Origin: the human T2T-CHM13v2.0 reference genome, Homo sapiens
Strand: one strand, 5' to 3'
Assembly: GCF_009914755.1 (NCBI RefSeq)
Contig: NC_060941.1
Length of the DNA stretch: 64,000 bases
The translations under genes and the position numbers were made by a program. The notes beneath the pieces are model-generated. The model did no database searches. It was not told the DNA's origin and was given only the letters and a program-made list of their open reading frames with translations. Shown piece after piece: positions 54,701-64,000 of the stretch. The stretch's first letter is position 1, and the number at the start of each line of letters is the position of its first letter.

Positions 54701-57686
54701 GATCACCACAATGAGCTCTATTACTGCAGGCATGCAGTAGAAAGGCAGGTTGAGAACTTCTCGTCTAGAAACAACCACTGTATGTGTATAAGAAGACCTT
54801 GAAGCAGTTTATGATGAGGATTACTTAGGTGTGTCACACTTTAGTAACCTCAGTATTAGTTCACACTTACTGCCAACCACTTACTGCCACTAACACTGTG
54901 TTAACTCCTGCATGCAAACTTGAAACATTCATGAAAGTGGAACATTTACTAAGGTAGATGAGGCATTTCTAATCCTCCAAGAGTGTTCAGAACACATCTG
55001 GAAAATGCATTTCAATCCAGGCTAGAAGGATAAAGATAAATTGGGGTTTATGAAAAGCAAAGTTGCTGTGAGGGTGGCATTATGATCAATGAGGAACAAA
55101 TGGAAACACTTTGGAAATGTAACCTAAAAAGGAGAAAAGTGGAACAAAGCAATGGCAGTGCAGCCTGAAGGGGCTCTGTATGAGAATGGACTTCCTCAGA
55201 TGGCTGCCATGGGCTGATATAGGATAGGGAAGATAGGATGTTCCTAGGGAGAAACAAAATCTGACACAACATGAGGAAGGTGCTTTATGAAATGGCTGCC
55301 TCTAGAGATAATCAGGGGAGGGGGTTTCAGTGTGAGCTGGTGTTTCTGACTGAGGCACATGCAAGAGCCAGATGGAGGGAATTGGATGAAATTACTTTGA
55401 GCTTCCCTCTCTGCACTCAGGTCCATGTAAGTCTAATAAGTGGAATATAATGTTATACTGTTAACCAGTTTCTACTGCTGCCCTGGTCCTGATTTCCAGG
55501 CTTACACAACCAGGATGATAACAATCTGGCTCCTGAGTGGGCCCCTGCTTCAGCACTGGCTGGTGTTCTGAGTCTGCACTGGCTCTGATGCACCCAGACA
55601 CAGCATCGTATTGAGGTCCTGAGCCTTTGTCCTCAGTCAGAATGAACAGAAGCAGGTTCCAAGCTGTTACGGGGTTAAAACCCTGGTGAGCCCGTTTATG
55701 GTGTATGAGAACAACTCTAAGATTTCCTCGAGAACTTGAATTATGGGAAAAGAATCACATCCTTGAAGAACCCTGATGACTGGTACCTACCGATGACTCA
55801 GTGGAGATCACTTTTATTTACATGAATTGACTATTTTTTTTCTTTGTAAGGTCAGCGTGTGTGTTTTGCTTAATGTAAATTTGCATTATGTTTAGAAATC
55901 TCTCACGATTTCTTCTAGTACTTCAGCACTTTCATTTTTCCCCAGCTTTATTGAGGTAGAGTTGGCAAATAAAATTTTATGTATATCAAGGGTACAACAT
56001 GATGCCTTGATATGTATATATTGTGAGATGATTATCACAACCAAGTTAGTTAATACCTATCACCTCACGTAGTTATTGTTTCCTGTGTGTGTAATGAGAA
56101 CAATTAAGATCTACTTTTTCAGAAAATTTCAAGTACTCAATACAGTATTATTAACTATAATCACCATGCTAGTTACTAGATCCCTAGAATTTAGTACCAA
56201 TGTCAGATTTTGGGATTTGACATGTACTATGATCCTATGAGAAGCAACCACTGAGGGAAACTGAGTGAAGGGTACAGGGAACTTTGTCTTATTCAACTTC
56301 ATGTTAATCTATAGTTATTTCAAAATCTATCGTTATTTACAAAAGTAAAAAAAAAAGAGGCTAATTGGTAGTAAAAGACAGCATGCTTTTTTTTTGGATA
56401 TTTTCATATATTTATTCTTATTTTTCATGTGTCTATGTTTAACTACATGGGATTTTTTTTTCGATGTGTGGATATGTATATAGGAAAATTCAGAGATTAT
56501 TCTTTTTAAGATTGGGTAATTGGCCAGTTTGTGAGCATTTACAGTGTTTTAAATAACTTTTATCTTTCAATTAGAAACACACATCAGGCATATCATACAC
56601 TCTGTCATCATTTTTCCAATAGTTATACATGTACTTTATTTTCCTTATCTTATTGAGTAGTTCATAAGACTTTTGTTTAAAATACTTTCTGTAAAACTCG
56701 GAGACAATAAGGTGGGGCTCTGCATTTATGTTCTTGTTGAGTTCTTAGTAGTCCGAATCTTATGCAATTCACCAACTATATTTCTACAAGCAATGTAAAT
56801 TGGGAAAAAAATCGGGTACTGAAATATTTATTTTTATAAATGAGCTAAACTTAAAAATGATCCAAAGGGTAAGTTCACAGCAAGCATTCATTTCTTTTCC
56901 CTCCATGTAATTTGCATGCAAGTCAGGCATTTTCACATATTTTTATAAATCTTTTTCTTGATTTGTTCTCCTTCTTACAATAATTTTAATACACAATTAT
57001 TTTTACTCTAGTTAATGGGATTTTTTAAGTGCCCTGAATTCCATTTCAGAACTATGAAGGGAATTAAATATTTATGTTACATGGATAATAGTATTCAATA
57101 TTCATCAAAGCATGCAAAATAAGCAATTAAGAATATGCAACTGTATCCCATTATGAACATATCCTTGATACGCCTTCCAAACTTAAATTCCAAATTCTTT
57201 CTGCTATTCAGCTAGAAGTTTTTGCTAATATTTTCTTCATGGAAAATTGTATTTTCTGCATTGATTAATAATTAATAACAAAAAAATTTCCATTTTTTGA
57301 AATAGCCTATTTCTTATTAATTTTTTAATCATTCAATTACCCCCCAGCTTATACAAAGAATTATATAGTAATTATTTTTTAACAGTTAACAAGTCACAGT
57401 AGGTTTGGGTTATAACGAACATACTGTGGCTTACAAGATAATATGGAATAGTGGCTAACCCATGAATATAGTGAGAAAACTTTTTAAAAGTTATATTGGA
57501 GTAATCCCTTAGCTAATAATTATTATTGTAGTTTAGCTATTTGGCTATGACAAACTAATACTAGTTGCACCTCACTTGAAAATATATGATAGCAACTTAG
57601 TACATGGTATTGTACATATCTTCACTTGGTTAAACAACTTTTAGAGGATATGCTTAGTGATTTATATTTCAACTCTAAATTGTTAG

Positions 57687-58449
57687 TTTTCTTTTTTTTT
57701 TATTATACTTTAAGTTTTAGGGTACATGTGCACATTGTGCAGGTTAGTTACATATGTATACATGTGCCATGCTGGTGCGCTGCACCCACTAACTCGTCAT
57801 CTAGCGTTAGGTATATCTCCCAATGCTATCCCTCCCCCCTCCCCCCACCCCACAACAGTCCCCAGGTGTGATATTCCCCTACCTGTGTCCATGTGATCTC
57901 ATTGTTCAATTCCCACCTATGAGTGAGAACATGCAGTGTTTGGTTTTTTGTTCTTGCGATAGTTTACTGAGAATGATGATTTCCAATTTCATCCATGTCC
58001 CTACAAAGGACATGAACTCATCATTTTTTATGGCCGCATAGTATTCCATGGTGTATATGTGCCACATTTTCTTAATCCAGTCTATCATTGTTGGACATTT
58101 GGGTTGGTTCCAAGTCTTTGCTATTGTGAATAGTGCCACAATAAACATGAGTGTGCATGTGTCTTTATAGCAACATGATTTATACTCCTTTGGGTATATA
58201 CCCAGTAATGGGATGGCTGGGTCAAATGGTATTTCCAGTTCTAGATCCCTGAGGAATCGCCACACTGACTTCCACAATGGTTGAACTAGTTTACAGTCCC
58301 ACCAACAGTGTAAAAGTGTTCCTATTTCTCCACATCCTCTCCAGCACCTGTTGTTTCCTGACTTTTTAATGATTGCCATTCTAACTGGTGTGAGATGGCA
58401 TCTCATTGTGGTTTTGATTTGCATTTCTCTGATGGCCAGTGATGATGAG
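57687..58449 (-). mobile_element. Young 5'-truncated L1PA (L1PA2/3-like)
   Basis: Intact ORF2 C-terminus ([33 protein letters not shown]...SLIGGN) and 3'UTR very close to the young L1 consensus. Confidence 0.92.
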
Positions 58450-59010
58450 AGAGCATGCTTTTATTTGTCAACCAGGCACCTTTATCTCATTGACATTTTA
58501 TGATTACCTTCATGTGTTTTTGAGTTATTATGATCCCTTCTTAAGAGAAAAGTAATCCTAGGTTGACAGAGTTTAAATGCCATGTCTAAGATCATAGGTG
58601 GCATGCAGTACAGTCAGAATTCAGCCTCAACTCTGTATAATTCTCAAGTCCACAGAATATACTCTACATTGAGCTGCTTCTGTTTAAATTAGTTTAAATC
58701 ACATCATGGGATGCAGCTTATTGAAGACAGTTTTTTTGTGCTGGCAGTTATATTCCACAGCTTTCATGTTATATGTGTTAGGTTCAAAAATGTCTCTTAA
58801 ATTCTTCTCCTGTTTCTACTATGAGACTGAATTCTGGCTTGGATAAAATCTAATTGGAGAATGCCAATTTAATGTTTTAATTATTAGGGTGTTTGACAAC
58901 ATGTACTCTTCTTGTGTGGTGCAGAAAATAGACAGAAATATACATATACCATTATATTATAACAAATGAAAAGAGATGAGCATTTTTGGTGCTTTTGAAC
59001 ACTATGAAGT

Positions 59011-59016
59011 TTTATT
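59011..59016 (-). terminator. Poly(A) signal AATAAA, KRTAP4-3
   Basis: tttatt ~330 bp after the stop. Confidence 0.7.
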
Positions 59017-59343
59017 GAGGAACATCAAACAATTCCACATGAAAATTGATACCACAGAAAACATTAGGAAGAAACATCTAGAAGGATACCATTTGAAGAT
59101 TTATGTATATTGAATTAGAATAAAGAATTCTAAAACATGTGATGTGGAATTTGACTGTAAATTCAGATTCAATAGGAATAAAAACTTCTATAAAAGAGAA
59201 TACATACTAATAAAATATTTTCCAAATCAGTCCATGCCTCTGTTTTCACGACATCAGGAAGTCCACATGTTCTCTGAATAGATACTCTGTGCCTGAACTG
59301 AAGGTTGAGAGCAAGAAGGTGCACAAATCCAGAGCAGCTTCAC

Positions 59344-60036
59344 TCAGCAGCAAGAACTGCCGCAGCAGATGGGGTGGAAGCAGGTTGTTCTACAGCAGGT
59401 GGTCGGGCAGCTGAAAGGGCAGCGGCAGCTGGACACACAGCAGCTGGGATGACAGCAACTAGAAATGCAGCAAGCCGGGCGGCAGCAGGAGGGCTGGCAG
59501 CACTGGGGCCTGTAGCAGCTGGAGATACAGCAGCTGGGGCGGCAGCAGGTGGTCTGGCAGCAGCTGGGTTTGCAACAGCTAGAGATACAGCAGGAAGGCC
59601 TGCAGCAACTAGAAATGCAGCAGCTGGGGCGGCAGCAGGTGGTCCTGCAGCAGCTGGGTTTGCAGCAGCTGGAGATACAGCAGGAAGGCCTGCAGCAACT
59701 GGAAATGCAGCAGCTGGGGCGGCAGCAGGTGGTCCTGCAGCAGCTGGGTTTGCAGCAGCTGGAGATACAGCAGGAAGGCCTGCAGCAACTGGAAATGCAG
59801 CAGCTGGGGCGGCAGCAGGTGGTCCTGCAGCAGGTGGTCAGGCAGCAGCTGGGTTTGCAGCAGCTGGAGATACAGCAGGAAGGCCTGCAGCAACTGGAAA
59901 TGCAGCAGCTGGGGCGGCAGCAGGTGGTCCTGCAGCAGGTGGTCTGGCAGCAGCTGGGGCGGCAGCAGCTCTCCTGGCCGAGACCTTGACCACAGCTCTG
60001 GTCAGAGCAGACAGAGCCACAGCAGGAGCTGACCAT
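59344..60036 (-). CDS. KRTAP4-3: Keratin-associated protein 4-3, 230-aa allele
   Basis: [26 protein letters not shown]-terminus and [27 protein letters not shown] end. Four [30 protein letters not shown] units. Confidence 0.88.
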   Translation of the reverse strand: MVSSCCGSVCSDQSCGQGLGQESCCRPSCCQTTCCRTTCCRPSCCISSCCRPSCCISSCCKPSCCLTTCCRTTCCRPSCCISSCCRPSCCISSCCKPSCCRTTCCRPSCCISSCCRPSCCISSCCKPSCCRTTCCRPSCCISSCCRPSCCISSCCKPSCCQTTCCRPSCCISSCYRPQCCQPSCCRPACCISSCCHPSCCVSSCRCPFSCPTTCCRTTCFHPICCGSSCC

Positions 60037-60112
60037 GGCGTCAGAGGGTGGAGGTTCTGGGTGGGTTCCCAGGAGAATGAGGTTCTGGAGTTTAGAAGTC
60101 TCCTTGAGCCTC

Positions 60113-60119
60113 TTATATA
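60113..60119 (-). promoter_or_regulatory. TATA box of KRTAP4-3 (TATATAA)
   Basis: ttatata ~80 bp upstream of the ATG. Confidence 0.8.
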
Positions 60120-61042
60120 CTGCCCCAGTTTCCTGTTGTCACTATATTTTTCTTGTTTTTGTTTATTTAATTGCTAAATAATTATCAGATTACACAATAA
60201 TGTTTGTCCATTTAATGGCTTAAAATCATTGGGAAGAAAATATTCTTGTCCAGATGTAATAAGATCTATACCATCTACTTTTCCTTGATTCTCACCTTGA
60301 TGGCATCTTCTAGACCAAATTATCTTCCTCTTCCTCTACACAGGGCTATCAGGTGATACTCTGCATTTGAAATTACATTTCTCACTCTCTTTTCCTGTAC
60401 CCAGTACCAGAATGAGATTTAGTCAGTTACATTACCAATTATTCATTTATTCCATTGACCAAGGGAGAGGAAAGCCCTTCTACTCAGTGTGGCCTCTGGC
60501 CTGGGACAAGAAGAAAATGTCCTATTTTGAGTGTCATTTTTGAGCAATGAGGAAAGGTTTAATGGCCACACACAGACACCTCCTGCTTTATTCTGTTCAT
60601 TCAAGCTTTACAGAAGCACCTGGCTCAAGGTCCTGCCTTGCTTATAAAACAGAGGCATTAAATGGATAATCTGAGAGACCCAAGTTGCCAGCCATTGGGA
60701 TTACAAATTTGATGTAGATTCTCCTTCAGGGGAGTTCACAGCTTGCTAGAAGGAACACACACACACATACACACACACACACACACAGTATTATACTGTG
60801 ATAAAGTAACATCAAAGGAGCTCATTATAGTTTAATTAAAAGAATCATACTTAAAACAAATTAGCAAACATGACAATTTGGTGGATTAATTCATAAATAA
60901 ATATTTTAATTTAGTTTGTGTCTATTTTTATGATATTGTAAAATTTACATACACTGAAATGAACAAATCCCAAATGTACTATTTGATGAGTTTTTATAAA
61001 TGGGTACATCCATGTAACCTCCACACCTATTAAGATAGAGAA

Positions 61043-61445
61043 TGATGTAATTTGGCTGTGTCCCCACCCAAATCTCATCTTGAATTGTAGCTCCCGTACT
61101 CCCCATGTGTCATGGTGTCGTGGTGTCGTGGTGTCATGGGAGGGACCCGGTGGGAGGTAATTGAATCAAGGGGGCTGATTTTTCCCATGCTGTTCTCATA
61201 ATAGTGAATAAGCCTCATGAGATCTGATGGTTTTATAAAGACCAGTTCCCCTGCACATGCTCTTTTGCCTTCTGCCATGTAAGAGATGCCTTTGCTCCTC
61301 CTTCACCTTCTGCCATGATTGTGAGGCCTCCCCTGCCATGTGGAACTGCGAGTCTTTTTTAGAGACTCACAATTAAACCTCCTTTTCTTTATAAATTACC
61401 CAGTCTCTGGTATTTCTTCATGCAGTATGAAAATGGATGAATACA
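61043..61445 (+). mobile_element. THE1 (MaLR) LTR
   Basis: tgat...tttggctgtgtccccacccaaatctcatc start, ...aataca end, TSD gagaa on both sides. Confidence 0.9.
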
Positions 61446-62238
61446 GAGAACATTTTCATTATACTAGAAAGTTCCCAAATGTCACTTCAGTAAACTCATC
61501 ACTTCATAGAGGCAGCCATATGGGGAAATTATTAGCAATGTTCTAATAATTTTTCCACCATAGGTTAGTTTTGATTTGAACATTCAAACAAATTATATAT
61601 AGCATAATTGTTTTTTCTGTCTGTCATCTTTGCCTTGATATGTGGCTGTGAGAGTCACAATGTTGATGCATGCATCACTAGTTCATTCAGAGCTATACTA
61701 ATAACTGCCAGGGCTTCATTTTAACTATACCAACCAATGTCATGGTAGGGTGACCAGCTGTTTCTGATTGCCCAGTCTGAGGGCATTCCCTGAACTCAGG
61801 GCTCTCATTGCTAGAACTAGGAAGTCCCAAGAAGAAAGAGACAGGTTGTTCACTCTATGATAGCATCCTTAAATGTCTTAATTAAGATCATTAAAGACCA
61901 AACACCTTGCAATATTTCTGTCACATTAACTTGTTTAGCAAACACTTGATTTACAAGTCTTTACTTTATGGGCTGTGTTTGCAAAGCTGGAGAACATGAA
62001 AGATTGAAACAATTGTATTGTGAAGCCACATGGTGTCCTGAAGAGGCAGTTGTTCATTTGATTTGCTGTATATCAGGGGCTGAGGAAAAATTAAAAACAT
62101 AAAAGAAAAAGGTTTTGATTATGAGGGGAGAGGTTTCTATATAAATTTATGGAGATTAAGAAAACCCTATTGCCACAGCTACAAAGGCAGGTACATTCTG
62201 AATGTAGGGAAATGTATGGAGAATCACAACCCCTCATC

Positions 62239-62410
62239 CAGGGGTTCTACAAGTTGGCTGAATATTAGAGTCACTCGGGGAGTGTTAAAAACTACTGATG
62301 CCTGACTCTTGCTCAGAAAAAATCTGACTTAAGTGCTGTGGGTTATGGCCTGGGCACCAGAATTTTTCAAGTTTCTCAGGTAAAGGGCAGCCAAGCTTGA
62401 GACCCATCTG
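62239..62410. mobile_element. MER5A-like hAT DNA transposon
   Basis: caggggttct...tgagacccatctg termini and MER5-like interior. Confidence 0.65.
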
Positions 62411-64000
62411 CTTAAACTGTTGTATGACATACATTGTATAATATTCAACTGGAAACAGAAGCAACTAAAATAATTAAAATACAATTGGTAGTATCTACGT
62501 AGTAGAGAAAATGATACTGGATTTTAAACACTGAATTTGGAGTATTGTAAACTAAAACACTGATAATTATCTTTGCTATTTTAGATGACTCTAATACCAA
62601 AACTGACAGTCCACATGGATGATAATGGAACAACAGGGCATGAACCACCATGGGAAATTCGTATAGACAGCACACTGGATTTTTACAAAATGAGCCTCAA
62701 AAGCAGGCGAGATGTCTGTCACTGTATGTATTTGCTGCTAAATTCTACTCACTGTCTGGTGAAGCATACTTGATATTAACTTGAGGACCACACACACAAG
62801 TTACGCCAAGTCTATCTAAACTGTCCTTCTTTTATTATATAGACTAGCAGAAGGAGTGTAAGTTTTTCTTTCATATACCTTTTTAAATTTTAAACTAATT
62901 TTATGGTTGTCTTTTTAGAAGTTCATGATTAAAGACTTCACTTAGGTAAACATCAAGGAAATTAGAATGAAGTGAACCCAACTGATATTTGCAATCAACA
63001 CTGAAGAACATGTGTTGTGTTTACCCCGCAACCTGGACGCATCGTATTAACATACCCTTTAAAGAATGACATGGGAAATGGGCTTCTCTTGTCAGGTATC
63101 ACATCTATTATGTTAGTACTCTGACATTTTTGGAATGAAAACCTAGTATGTATTTTGGAAATAAAATGTAATTTCATTAGGTGAATTACTGTGACTTAGT
63201 TATAAGACTGTGAAATACACAGAGAGGCCTACAAAAGGCATGTCTAATTGATAGATAAATTATCATATTTCCAATTCAATTAAGTTCCTATTTATAATAA
63301 AAATCAAACTATTAAAATATTTAAGAATAAGCATTAAACAATGCTACCATTCTTGGTATGAAGTGGTATGTGTAATTAGAGCAATATTTAAAATAATATG
63401 AATACTCATATGCCATTCAGTAAATCTCTTTGTTCTAAACTGTCTTCAATCACTGCTTTATCTTGACTTTTAAAACTTAAATAGGATATTTCAGTTCACC
63501 TTGGATTTTAAAAAAACTTTTTAAGTGAAAAATATACTAAAAATATATAACATATATACATTAATTAATTAATAATTGATATAACTAATAATTATTAAGC
63601 AAGCATGTATGTACCCAAAGCCTTAGTCAAGAAATAGAATCTTGTCATCCATAAGAGGTGCTCCTATATGTCTTTTCTTGACTGTATCTCCCTCCCTCCA
63701 TTCTAGAAGTAATCACTATTCTGATTTTAAATCCTTCTACTGTATTTTTTATAGTTTTTCAACCTAGACATGCATCCCTAATAATACAGTTTATTTTCCC
63801 ACATTTTAAAATTTAATCTAAATGGAATCATAGTATGTGTATTTTGTGTTTTGATTATCTTGCTCAATATTGTGTAAGAGCTGGGGCAGCAACCTCTAAG
63901 TTAGCCCCATTATTTCTGCCACCTGGTGCTCATGGTCTTAAGTAATTCCAACCCTTTGAGTAACTTACTTCTAACCAACATCATATGGTACATTGAATGA

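Overview
This is primate DNA, almost certainly human chr17q21.2, from the ultra-high-sulfur hair keratin-associated protein KRTAP4 cluster. Six intronless, cysteine-rich KRTAP4 genes lie on the minus strand in the known order KRTAP4-11, 4-12, 4-6, 4-5, 4-4, 4-3. Each has a TATA box, a shared 5'UTR/Kozak context and a candidate poly(A) signal. The rest is mostly interspersed repeats (MER4-type ERV1 provirus remnant, solo LTRs, L1, Alu, THE1, MER5A, Tigger4-like) and microsatellites. I see no new protein-coding system; the many antisense and shifted-frame ORFs are by-products of the CC-x-x-x repeats. The unusual signals are structural: (1) a young L1PA insertion carrying an apparent 1.3-kb 3' transduction, with target-site duplications (TSDs), its own AATAAA and an empty paralogous site; (2) a 'ghost' KRTAP4 promoter/5'UTR at ~22.1-23.2 kb whose coding region is gone; (3) a near-perfect 264-bp-arm fold-back palindrome inside an LTR8-type element; (4) KRTAP4-4 ending at a probable CAG>TAG stop followed by 74 more open in-frame KAP codons; (5) a 230-aa KRTAP4-3 allele that appears to be a long repeat variant; (6) a 109-bp polyadenylated retro-insert with 14-bp TSDs; (7) several local templated-duplication scars. 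Repeat subfamily names and reference protein lengths come from memory, and identities were estimated by eye. All need RepeatMasker/BLAST confirmation.
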